Shown here piece after piece: positions 52,589 through 61,429 of a DNA stretch of 64,000 nucleotides; positions within the stretch are counted from its first letter, which is position 1, and every line of letters begins with the position of its first letter. Made by a program: the position numbers and the translations under genes. The notes under the pieces are model-generated. The model saw only the letters and a program-made list of their open reading frames with translations, was not told the DNA's origin and did no database searches. This stretch comes from Elusimicrobiota bacterium. Lineage in GTDB: Bacteria > Elusimicrobiota > Elusimicrobia > UBA1565 > UBA9628. The stretch is taken from positions 5,519 to 69,518 of the forward strand of contig JACQPG010000050.1 of assembly GCA_016207665.1 (NCBI GenBank), in the 5' to 3' direction.

Positions 52589-52645
52589 TCCTCGAGCAAA
52601 TCGGAAAATTCGGGCGGAGCCCAAGAGAGAAGGCTCGCGGAGCGA

Positions 52646-53599
52646 CTAGGTGGAGGCCGTCGTCGCGGGTCCGGCCGGAGAGCTTTGCTGGGGAGCGCCC
52701 ATAAGGAGGGCGATGGTGCCGGACAAGGCGATGATGCCGCCGATGATTTGGCGGACTGACGGCAGCTCTTGGCCCATCAAGGGCGTCATCAGCAGGACCA
52801 GGAGAGGGTTCTGGGCCACGATCAGCGAGACCCGGGACACGCCCAGGGCGCGCACGGCCTCATAGCGAAAGCCCATGTTGCAAAACGGTCCGATCAGTCC
52901 CCCCGCCGCCAACACCGCCCAAGCCCAGGATGAGCCGACGGTGGGCCATTCCCGCAGCCAAATCAGCCCGGGCATGCTGATCAGGAAGTAGACCACATTG
53001 CGCAGATGGGCCAGGGCCCAGGGATTCTCGTCACGCATCAGCCGCTTCATCCAAAAATGGCTGAGCGCCCAGGTGAGGCTGGCGACCAGCGATAGGGCGA
53101 TCCCCAGCCGCTGGCCGCGCTGGGCGGTGTAGGCCATGAGCGCCAGGCCGGCTAGTATGAGCAGAGTGCCTGCGGCCTCGGCGCGGGTGTAGCGCTCTCC
53201 CAGCCAGCCGACCCCGATGAGGACGACGAAGAGCAGCCCGATCTGGCTCAAGAAGGAGCTCATGGCCGCGGGAAGATGCGAAAGAGACCAGAAAAAGGCC
53301 AGGGCCGACACGGTGTCGAGCGCGAAGAAGACCCCGAGCGCCTTGAGATTGGCGCGCCGGAAGCGCCAGGGAAGAGTCTCCGGCCGGGCCCGAGCCATGG
53401 CGGCGAAAGGGAACAGTCCGAACAGGTACCAGTAGAACAGGAATGACCAGAACGGGACAAGGCGAAGGCCCTCCCGGCCCAGCACGAAGACCAGGGCCGA
53501 GGCGTTGAGGCTGGCGAAGGCGAAGAATAGGCCTCGGGATCGGCTCACCCTAAAATACAAGCACTTTGCCGGCGCGCAGGTGTAGGCCTTTGGACCCAA
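52646..53599 (-). CDS. EamA/DMT-superfamily transporter
   Basis: 317 aa, about 10 TMs, two EamA-like halves. Confidence 0.75.
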   Translation of the reverse strand: MGPKAYTCAPAKCLYFRVSRSRGLFFAFASLNASALVFVLGREGLRLVPFWSFLFYWYLFGLFPFAAMARARPETLPWRFRRANLKALGVFFALDTVSALAFFWSLSHLPAAMSSFLSQIGLLFVVLIGVGWLGERYTRAEAAGTLLILAGLALMAYTAQRGQRLGIALSLVASLTWALSHFWMKRLMRDENPWALAHLRNVVYFLISMPGLIWLREWPTVGSSWAWAVLAAGGLIGPFCNMGFRYEAVRALGVSRVSLIVAQNPLLVLLMTPLMGQELPSVRQIIGGIIALSGTIALLMGAPQQSSPAGPATTAST

Positions 53600-53657
53600 G
53601 CCCTCCTAGGACGGAGGCCTCTCGTAGGCGGAGAGTCCGTCGTATACGATATAAGGT

Positions 53658-54854
53658 ATGAGGATCGTCTGCGCCGCGTTATTGGCTCTGGCCCTGAGCC
53701 TTCCGGCCGGCGCCGCCTTATCCGCGGCCCAGATCCATATCCAGGCGGGCGTGCGGCATTTCGACAGGGGCGAGTTCGGCTTGGCGATCGAACAGTTCGG
53801 CCGCTCGATGCGAGCCCGGGGCGGGAGCGCGGCCTATTTCCTGCTGGGCTATTCCCATTTCATGCGCGGATTCGCGGGAGGCAGCCCCGAGAACGCGGAT
53901 CGCCAGGACTCGACCGAGGCCATCGCGGCCTTCTCGCTGGCCGTGGCTCTCGATCCGGAGCTTAAGGCCGTGACCGAGCCGTATCGGCTTTACCTGAGCC
54001 TGGCGCTTTGCCATGAGGCGCTGGGCGCCTCGGAAAAGGCGATCGCCGCCTACAGCAAGGCCTTCGAGCTCGCCCCACGCAATCCCCTGATCCCGCTCTA
54101 CGCCGCGAGGCTGCGTTTTTCGCGCAACGAAACGGATAAGTCGATCGCCAATTTGAATCGAGCCCTCGAGACCGCGCGCCGGAACGGGAAGGAGCGGGAA
54201 CTCATCGATTTCATATCGAGGCATCCGATGTTCTCGCTGATGCGCCGCAGCCGTCCCCACCAAGAGCTTCTCAGACCGTCGGAGCAGGAGAGCGAGACCA
54301 TGGTGGTGCAGGCGGAGAGCCGGGCCGACATGTTCGGCCTGAGGGATTCCGTGCGTTCCGAGGCCTCCGTGGTCGCGGAATTCCCCAAGAGGGACAAGGC
54401 CGTGCTCGATAAGCTGGGAGAGGCCAACGTCGCCTTCCGCTCCCAGCGTTACGCGGACGCTCTGGAGGCTTACTCCAAGGCCTTGGTCCTTAACGAGGCT
54501 TCCGGAGTGCTTGGACCGGGTCAGGTCGCCTTCATCCATGAGCGGATGGGGACGGCCAGCTACAGGCTGGGCTTGTCGCAGGACGCGGTGAGTTGGCTGA
54601 GGCGATCCGTCCATTCGCTGCCGTTCAATCCTTCGGCGTATTATCAGCTGGCCCTCGCGTATTCGGTGCAGGGACGTTTTCACGAGGCGATGAAGGCCTT
54701 GCGAGAGGCCCTGAGCACCGCCCCTTCGGTGCCGGAGCTGCGCAAATACATGATGCTGGCCCGCACCGATGGCGAGCTCGAGCCCCTGCGCGATCTTCCC
54801 GGCTTTCAGTCCATGCTTTCGGAATTCCGGCAGCGCGCCGGAATCGGGCGCTGA
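53658..54854 (+). CDS. secreted TPR-repeat protein
   Basis: 398 aa. Signal peptide MRIVCAALLALALSLPAGA. AGGT 6 nt upstream of the ATG. Confidence 0.7.
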   Translation: MRIVCAALLALALSLPAGAALSAAQIHIQAGVRHFDRGEFGLAIEQFGRSMRARGGSAAYFLLGYSHFMRGFAGGSPENADRQDSTEAIAAFSLAVALDPELKAVTEPYRLYLSLALCHEALGASEKAIAAYSKAFELAPRNPLIPLYAARLRFSRNETDKSIANLNRALETARRNGKERELIDFISRHPMFSLMRRSRPHQELLRPSEQESETMVVQAESRADMFGLRDSVRSEASVVAEFPKRDKAVLDKLGEANVAFRSQRYADALEAYSKALVLNEASGVLGPGQVAFIHERMGTASYRLGLSQDAVSWLRRSVHSLPFNPSAYYQLALAYSVQGRFHEAMKALREALSTAPSVPELRKYMMLARTDGELEPLRDLPGFQSMLSEFRQRAGIGR

Positions 54855-56336
54855 TCAGCTCTTTTTGTAGCTGAGATAGATCAGTTTCCCACGCCGGTTG
54901 ACGTCGAGCAGTATTCCCTCCTTCAGATTGATCTCTGTGGAGACCTTGAGAAAACTCTCGAGATCGCGCGTCTCCTTCCGGTTGACCGAGATGATCAGAT
55001 CGCCGGGCCTTAGCCCTATATCGAAAGCCGAGCTGTCCGGCGGAAGCCCTATCACCACCACTCCCCGGCCGTTCTCCGGCAGGCCGAGCTTCTTGTTGAT
55101 GTCCGGGCCGGCCGTATGCAGCATCGCTCCTTCCCACGTGGCGGGTTGAGGCTCTCCCGGCTTGGCGTCCGGAGATTCCGGCCTGGACTCGGCCGTTTCG
55201 GCCGGCCTCTCCCCCGTCAAGAGGCTCACCTCGGTCTCCTTTGCGTCCCGAATCACGGTCAGGCGCATGAGCGTGCGGGGAGGCGTGTTGCCGATGGATT
55301 TGATGAGCGATTCGGGGGAATCGACTCGCGTGCCGTTGATGCCGATGATCACGTCCGATCGCCACAGCCCGGCCTTGTCGGCGGGAGAACCCTCGAGCAC
55401 GTGATTGACCAGGGCTCCCTTCTGTTCGGGAACCCGGAATTGCCGGGCCATGATGTCATCGATGGGGGCCAGCTCCACTCCCAGCCAGCCACGGACCACC
55501 CGGCCTTCCGCTATCAGTTGGCGCATGATCTCCTTGGCCTGGTTGGCAGGTATGGAAAACCCTATGCCGGCGAATACTCCGGTCGGCGCGAAGATCGCCG
55601 TGTTGACGCCGATGATCTCGCCCTTGGTGTTGACCAGCGGGCCGCCCGAGTTGCCACGATTGATGGCGGCGTCGGTCTGTATGAAATCGGTGTAAAGCCG
55701 TCCCTCCACGTTGAGCGACTGGCGGACCGCGGAGATGATCCCCACGGTGACGGTCTGCTGGAGGCCGAAGGGGCTTCCGATGGCCATGACCCAGTCCCCC
55801 ACCTCGATCCGGTCCGAGTCTCCGAGAGTGGCGGCCTTCAGGGGGCGGGGCACGTCGATCTTGATGACGGCGAGATCGCTGGTCACGTCCGTTCCTACCA
55901 CCCGGCCTTTATAGGTATTCTCCTCCGAATCTTTGACCGTGACGTTGATGACGTCGGCGTCATGGACTACGTGCTCGTTGGTCAGTATATAGCCCCGGGG
56001 ATCGGTGATCACGCCCGAGCCGAGCCCCTCGGTGCGGCGCTTGAAGCGCCGAGGAGTCCTTTCCGGAGCGGGCGCGCCCGGCGCGGGGGCCTCTCCGAAA
56101 TTGCGGAACAAATTCTCCAGAGGATCGCCGAAGAAGAACTCGAAGGGATGGGATTCGACGGTCTCCGTGGCCAGGGTGTTGATGCTGACCACCGAAGGCT
56201 TGACCGTGGCGGCCACCTTCTGGAAGGCTTCTTGCAGCGCCTGTAGTTGCCTCTGCCCGTTGGGCGGCTCGGCAGGAACGGGTCCCGAGGCCGCCCATGA
56301 GGTCCAGAGCAACGCGGCCAGCGCCGTGGCAGCCAT
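54855..56336 (-). CDS. HtrA/DegP-family periplasmic serine protease with two PDZ domains
   Basis: Catalytic triad context TNEHVV, DLAVIKI, GNSGGPL, plus two PDZ-like regions. Start placed at MAATALAALLW (56336) with GGGAAGGG upstream; a TATAAT sits about 35 nt further up. The listed ORF extends to a TTG at 56402. Confidence 0.85.
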   Translation of the reverse strand: MAATALAALLWTSWAASGPVPAEPPNGQRQLQALQEAFQKVAATVKPSVVSINTLATETVESHPFEFFFGDPLENLFRNFGEAPAPGAPAPERTPRRFKRRTEGLGSGVITDPRGYILTNEHVVHDADVINVTVKDSEENTYKGRVVGTDVTSDLAVIKIDVPRPLKAATLGDSDRIEVGDWVMAIGSPFGLQQTVTVGIISAVRQSLNVEGRLYTDFIQTDAAINRGNSGGPLVNTKGEIIGVNTAIFAPTGVFAGIGFSIPANQAKEIMRQLIAEGRVVRGWLGVELAPIDDIMARQFRVPEQKGALVNHVLEGSPADKAGLWRSDVIIGINGTRVDSPESLIKSIGNTPPRTLMRLTVIRDAKETEVSLLTGERPAETAESRPESPDAKPGEPQPATWEGAMLHTAGPDINKKLGLPENGRGVVVIGLPPDSSAFDIGLRPGDLIISVNRKETRDLESFLKVSTEINLKEGILLDVNRRGKLIYLSYKKS

Positions 56337-56434
56337 GCCCTTCCCGCTTTCTCTTCGAGACGCCATAACGGAAATTATAAGGACGGCCGCCCGCTCCACC
56401 AATGACCACCGTGTAATTTAGATACAATCGAAGA

Positions 56435-57070
56435 ATGACATCGTTTCTGGCGGCGCTGCTGCTGACGGCGGTATCGCCGGGGGCCGAAACAGGCGCCGCG
56501 CGGGAGCTCGGTCTCGCGGCTCGGACAGTCCGCCGTGACCGTGGAGTTCGAGCTGGGACGGGATATCGATCTGGCGCTCCAGGACGTCCAAGCCAAGGTG
56601 GCGCAGTTCACCACCATCGCCGGAGTGGGCGACGTGCAGCTGGGCGGCTATATCGAGCCGAGCCTGAGGGTATGGGTGGACGCGAGCAAGCTTCACGAGC
56701 GTTATCTGACCTTGACGACGTCATCGCGGGGCGCAGCGGCTCCCCTATTTGGAAGACCTTCCGTATCGGCGACGTGGCGCGGGTGGAGGACGGTCTGGCG
56801 GATATGCGCCGCCTGTCGCGCAATAACGGCAAGCCCGCCGTGGACCTCGGGATCAAGAAACAACGCGGCTCCAATTCCGTGGCGGTGCTCTTGTCCCTGC
56901 TCGAGGCCTGTCCGATCCGGCTGAGGCCCATATTGATGACCTCGGTGGCCACCATCGCCGCCGCGGTGCCGCCAGCCTTGGGCTTCGGGCCGGGATTGAG
57001 AGCCGCAAACACCAGGACTCCGTCTCGGAGGTGTTCAAGCAGTTGGGCCAGGGACCATCATCCGCCGGTA
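56435..57070 (+). pseudogene. highly degraded RND efflux transporter (AcrB/CzcA family) remnant
   Basis: Two overlapping frames carry AcrB-like pieces: TVEFELGRDIDLALQDVQAKVAQ (porter domain), MRRLSRNNGKPAVDLGIKKQRGSNSVAV, and the far-C-terminal ILMTSVATIAAAVPPALGFGPG, all compressed into about 640 bp instead of about 3.1 kb. Confidence 0.6.
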
Positions 57071-58147
57071 TAGCGCCTCGGTCCTCGTGATCGCGGTCTG
57101 CGAGTCGAACTCGGATAAGCGCTCGCGGCGCCAGCGTTGCGCCCAAGCCCGGACTTGCTCCTGGTGATCCAAGGCCCATTCCAGGCGGGCGGCCAGGGCC
57201 GCGGCATCTCCGGGCGGGAACAGGAAATCAGCCGAGCCGGGCCCCAGCAACTCGCGATTGCCGGCCACATCGCTGGCGATGACGGGTATGCCCTGGCATA
57301 ATGACTCACGCAAGGCGCCGGAAAGCCCCTCCCCTTTGACGGCCGCATTCACGCTCAAGGTCAAGGTCGAAAGCAGCTCGGGAATATCGGAGCGGAACCC
57401 CGCAAGAACGACGCGGTCCTCCAAGCCGAGCTCCTTGACTCGCTGCCGCATGAGCGCTCCGTCGGTATCGCGGCCCGCGAAGATGAAACGCCCTTGGCGT
57501 CCGCGGGTCTTGAGCAGGGCCGCGGCCCGCAGCAGCACTTCCTGGCCCTTCCATTCAGAGGCGTTGGCGATCTTGCCGATCACGGCCATCCCATCTCTCA
57601 ATCCGAAGGCCTTCTTGATTCCCGCGTCGGGCTCCCGCGGCCGGAAACGGGCCGAATCGACGCCGCTGCGTATCACCGACACGCGGGAGGGATCGACTCC
57701 CGAGTCCACCAATATCCCCTTGACCGCTTCCGCCACGGCCACGATCTGGTCGATGAGCCGGCTTTGATATTTCCAACGGCTGAAGGGGTTTTGCCCCGGA
57801 GGGAATGAGACCCGGCGGCTGACGATGAGCACGGGGCGCTCGCCCATCAGACGCAGCAGCGCCGAGGAAAGCAGGCACACCGCGTGAGAACGGTTGTGAT
57901 GAGCATGCACCACGTCCACTCTCTCGGACTTGATGAACCGCGCCAAGGTCCATGCCGAGAAAATGTCATAGTCCTCCTTGAGCCCGACCGCGAATGTCCT
58001 GAAACCGAGCTCGCCGGCCCGGCGCTCCAGCCCGCTGCCGGGCCGGCACGCGATGAGCACCCGCCAGCCGCGCTGGCTCAAGCCTTGGGAGAGGGCCAAA
58101 AGCTGCGCCGCGCCCCCGGACCATTCGTTCGATTCGGAGACCTGCAA
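57035..58147 (-). CDS. family-4 glycosyltransferase (group 1)
   Basis: 370 aa. N-terminal ...NEWSGGAAQ, C-terminal Glycos_transf_1 (EGLSGALRESLCQGIPVIAS). TTG start; the true start may be a few codons upstream. Confidence 0.75.
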   Translation of the reverse strand: MQVSESNEWSGGAAQLLALSQGLSQRGWRVLIACRPGSGLERRAGELGFRTFAVGLKEDYDIFSAWTLARFIKSERVDVVHAHHNRSHAVCLLSSALLRLMGERPVLIVSRRVSFPPGQNPFSRWKYQSRLIDQIVAVAEAVKGILVDSGVDPSRVSVIRSGVDSARFRPREPDAGIKKAFGLRDGMAVIGKIANASEWKGQEVLLRAAALLKTRGRQGRFIFAGRDTDGALMRQRVKELGLEDRVVLAGFRSDIPELLSTLTLSVNAAVKGEGLSGALRESLCQGIPVIASDVAGNRELLGPGSADFLFPPGDAAALAARLEWALDHQEQVRAWAQRWRRERLSEFDSQTAITRTEALYRRMMVPGPTA

Positions 58148-58161
58148 TACCGTCGGATTTT

Positions 58162-59082
58162 CTATGCGGATGGCGTCTTTCCGGCGAGGCTCTTGAGTAT
58201 ATTGTCGACGTCGTAGGCCGACAGCAGAAGCAGCGCGTCGCGGCCCTCGACGCGGGCGTAGTAGTAGGAGGGCTTTTCCCCTTTGGCGGCGACCTTGGCC
58301 TTGCCGATCATCCAGCGCGCCTTGCGCTCGCCGGCCTGCAGCTCCACGGAGATCAGGGGCTTGGCCAGGCCGGTCTCCGATACCTTTTCCGAGCCCGAGC
58401 CGAAATCGGAGACGCGAAGGGCGGACAAGGTGGAGATCAAGGCGTCGAGCCTGTCCTTGGGAAGGGAGCCCGACCAGCCCGCGCTGGATTTCCTGAGCTC
58501 GAATGCCTGATTGCCGTAGGTGAGGCGTATCGAGCCGGCGGAGCCGAGATCGATCGAGGAGAGCTGTCTCTGCCGGAAATCGTTGGCCGACCTGTTCATT
58601 TGATAGGAATCGACGCCCGAGGCGATGTAGACGGGCTTGTCCGATTCGTAACGGAAATAATGGCTGTCATGACCCATGGCGGTCTTGCCGAAGTATCCGT
58701 CGAAAACGGGCTCGGATTTTCCCTGAACGAAAAGGCGCACGCGCGAGGCGCTCGAGTCATTGAGCTCGTAATCGGGATAGGATGAAGGATCATCGGAGAG
58801 CCGGGAGCCGATCGACAGCCGGAAGAGGCCGGTCAAGAGCTCCTGGCAGGCCGAGGGATCGGCCCCATCCGGGGGCTGGGCCAGGCGCCAGCTCCCATCG
58901 CGGCTTTCCAATGAAACGGACCGTTCACCCTTCCTTATCTCGATGCGGGACACCGAGCCCTTATCCAGCTCCTTGAGCGGTTCTTGGGCCTTGGGAGGCC
59001 GGGAGGATCTCCAAAGCAACAAGCCGGCAGCGCCCGAAAGGATCAGGGCGCAAGAGGCTAGGACGAGAAAGCGCTTAGGCAT
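58162..59082 (-). CDS. DUF4340-domain protein (GldG-associated)
   Basis: TM FLVLASCALILSGAAGLLLW, then a periplasmic body. Start at the ATG at 59082. Confidence 0.6.
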   Translation of the reverse strand: MPKRFLVLASCALILSGAAGLLLWRSSRPPKAQEPLKELDKGSVSRIEIRKGERSVSLESRDGSWRLAQPPDGADPSACQELLTGLFRLSIGSRLSDDPSSYPDYELNDSSASRVRLFVQGKSEPVFDGYFGKTAMGHDSHYFRYESDKPVYIASGVDSYQMNRSANDFRQRQLSSIDLGSAGSIRLTYGNQAFELRKSSAGWSGSLPKDRLDALISTLSALRVSDFGSGSEKVSETGLAKPLISVELQAGERKARWMIGKAKVAAKGEKPSYYYARVEGRDALLLLSAYDVDNILKSLAGKTPSA

Positions 59083-60688
59083 GGGAGGAGGCGGCGGGCT
59101 CATGGGTCCGCGTGGTCTCGGGATTGTCGGCGTAAAGCCCAGGCAGTCGCGCCCTCAGCGAGCGCTGCCGATAGTAGAAGGCCGAGCCCGAAAGCAGGAG
59201 AAGGGCCGGAAGGAAAAAGATCAGGCCGTATTTGGCCGCGCTGCGCTGAAAATCCGAGAGCCGCCGCAAGGGCCTGAAGCTGAACCCCTTGGCGCGTATC
59301 GACAACAGCGACTCGTCCTGGAGAGACCATTCTATGAGGTTCATCAAGAACGCGATGTTCGAGGCCTTGTTGGCCAGGTTCTGATGCAATTGATAGGCCG
59401 TTCCCACCACCACCACACGGCCGGCCGCGGCCTTGTCGGCGCCCGCCTCGGTAGCCGCGACGGTGGAGGGCGCGAGCTTGTAGAAGTCTCCCTCCAAAAC
59501 GCCGGCCAAGGAGAAGGGGCCCTTGTCGGCGCTCTCGAGCTTTTCGAGAGGCTGTCCGGGTTGAATGCTGTTGCCGGTATGGTGCCAGCTTGCCCGGCTC
59601 GACTCGACTAGGGAGGTGAACTTCACCGGACTCGCGGGCACGGCCGCCGCTTTAAGTGGATGCACGAAGGGAAGCGTGACCGCGTCGATGCGGCGGGTGG
59701 CGGGGTGCTCTCGGTTAATCTGGGTCGCCACCGGAAGGAATGGATACTCCTGGATGCGCATCGCCACGAACATGCCGTATTGGGTCTCCATCTGTATGCG
59801 TTCGGATTGGGCGTCGACCACGAAGCCCTCGCGCAGGTCCAGGCCCCATTTTTGCAGCAACGCGGAGAGCCCGCTTTCCTGCGGCATGGCGTAGAAGGCC
59901 TGCAAATTGACGGCGCGCCGGTTGAGCAGCAAGCCCAGAGGCCGGCCCGCGTTGACCCAGGCCTTGAGGCGCTCGATCTCGCCGCTCTTCAAGGGCTGCG
60001 TGGGTCCCAGCAGCCAGAGCGCGTCCAACTTGGCCGGGAGAGGCTTGTCCAGGCTCACGGTCTCGATGTTCATCTGCTCGCTCAGGCCCTGGAAAAGATG
60101 CTGCAGTCCGGGATCGGATCCCGTTTTCTCGCCGTGTCCGCCGACCAGGCCCAGCGTCTTCATTTGAGGGACGGTCAGCTTCTTGATGCGCCGCGTCAGA
60201 TCGTACTCCAGACCGGCCGTGTTCTCAAGCACGGGCAGGGTCTCGGTGCGTCCTTTATAAAGGAACACCGCCCCCATATAGGCTTCCTTTACCTCGAACT
60301 TGTCCCGGGCCATCACGTTGATCTGCACGGGCGCTATCCCGGCGCTCTGGGCCTCGCGCTGCCGCTCGGGCGTGTCCGGATTGATGAACTCGAGCTTGAG
60401 CCTTCCCCGGCCGGAGCTCTTATACTCGCCGAGGAGATCCTTGAGATATTGCTCCTGAAGCCCGTAGGGAGGAGGCAATCGCGGCGTGTAATAGACCTTG
60501 ACGAGCAGCGTATCCTTGATCTGGTCGAGCACGGCCCGGGTGCCGTCGGAGATGGAATAGACCTTTCCGGAGGAGAAATCGAATCGGGCGTAGAAGAACT
60601 GGGACAGCACGTTGGTCGCGGCCAAGGCCGCGAGAAGGAGAGCCGCCCCGGTCACGGAGAAGGCCAGGCCCCGGATCTTGCGATTCAT
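59075..60688 (-). CDS. GldG-like ABC-transporter auxiliary protein (ABC_transp_aux)
   Basis: 537 aa. N-terminal TM, C-terminal TM (LIFFLPALLLLSGSAFYY). Typical GldG family architecture. Confidence 0.7.
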   Translation of the reverse strand: MNRKIRGLAFSVTGAALLLAALAATNVLSQFFYARFDFSSGKVYSISDGTRAVLDQIKDTLLVKVYYTPRLPPPYGLQEQYLKDLLGEYKSSGRGRLKLEFINPDTPERQREAQSAGIAPVQINVMARDKFEVKEAYMGAVFLYKGRTETLPVLENTAGLEYDLTRRIKKLTVPQMKTLGLVGGHGEKTGSDPGLQHLFQGLSEQMNIETVSLDKPLPAKLDALWLLGPTQPLKSGEIERLKAWVNAGRPLGLLLNRRAVNLQAFYAMPQESGLSALLQKWGLDLREGFVVDAQSERIQMETQYGMFVAMRIQEYPFLPVATQINREHPATRRIDAVTLPFVHPLKAAAVPASPVKFTSLVESSRASWHHTGNSIQPGQPLEKLESADKGPFSLAGVLEGDFYKLAPSTVAATEAGADKAAAGRVVVVGTAYQLHQNLANKASNIAFLMNLIEWSLQDESLLSIRAKGFSFRPLRRLSDFQRSAAKYGLIFFLPALLLLSGSAFYYRQRSLRARLPGLYADNPETTRTHEPAASSHA

Positions 60689-61429
60689 CTAAAACCTCCT
60701 CGCCTGCAGCCTCTCCACGGTCAAATAAAGGAAGGCCGCGATCACGCTGAGGAAATAGAGCAGGTCGCGGGTGTCGAGCACGCCCTTGGCCATGTTGCTC
60801 AGATGCGAATCGACGCCGACGAACTCGGCCAGCCCGCCTAAAGGCCCGGGCAACAGCCCCGCGAACTTGCCGCAAACGAAGAAGAAAAAGGAGATCATGA
60901 AAGAGCTGACGAAGGCCACGATCTGGTTCTTGGTCAACGAGGAGGCGAACAGCCCGGCCGCCCCGTACATGAGCGAAAGCCAGGCCAGGCCTGCGAGTAT
61001 GCCGAGGCTTTCCCCCCAATCCACGCCGCTCTGGGGCTGCACGAGCGCGCTCAAGGCCAGAGGGAAGAAAAGGAGGCCGCCGACGGCGGTCAAGGCCAGT
61101 CCCGCGAAGCCCAGGTATTTCCCCAGCACGATGTCCCAGTCCTGCAAGGGCAGGGTGGCCAAGGTCTCGAAAGTCCCCGACTTGATCTCTTCCGAGATCA
61201 GCCCCATGGTCAAGGCCGGTATGAGGAATGAGAGCAACAGCGGCGCGAAATCCATGAGAGACTTGATCGAGGCTTGGCCCAGAAGGAACAAGGGAAAGGC
61301 GAAGAGATAGCCGGCCAGAAGGTAAAAGACGAATAAGGCCACGTAGGCGCTGGGCGTCTCGAAATAGCCGCGCAGGCCGCGCAGGGCGAGAGTCTTCACC
61401 GCGTTCGACTGGAACAGGGATTGTCTCAT
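60689..61429 (-). CDS. ABC-2 type permease (GldF-like)
   Basis: 246 aa, 6 TMs. ATGA overlap with the ATPase gene. Confidence 0.75.
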   Translation of the reverse strand: MRQSLFQSNAVKTLALRGLRGYFETPSAYVALFVFYLLAGYLFAFPLFLLGQASIKSLMDFAPLLLSFLIPALTMGLISEEIKSGTFETLATLPLQDWDIVLGKYLGFAGLALTAVGGLLFFPLALSALVQPQSGVDWGESLGILAGLAWLSLMYGAAGLFASSLTKNQIVAFVSSFMISFFFFVCGKFAGLLPGPLGGLAEFVGVDSHLSNMAKGVLDTRDLLYFLSVIAAFLYLTVERLQARRF

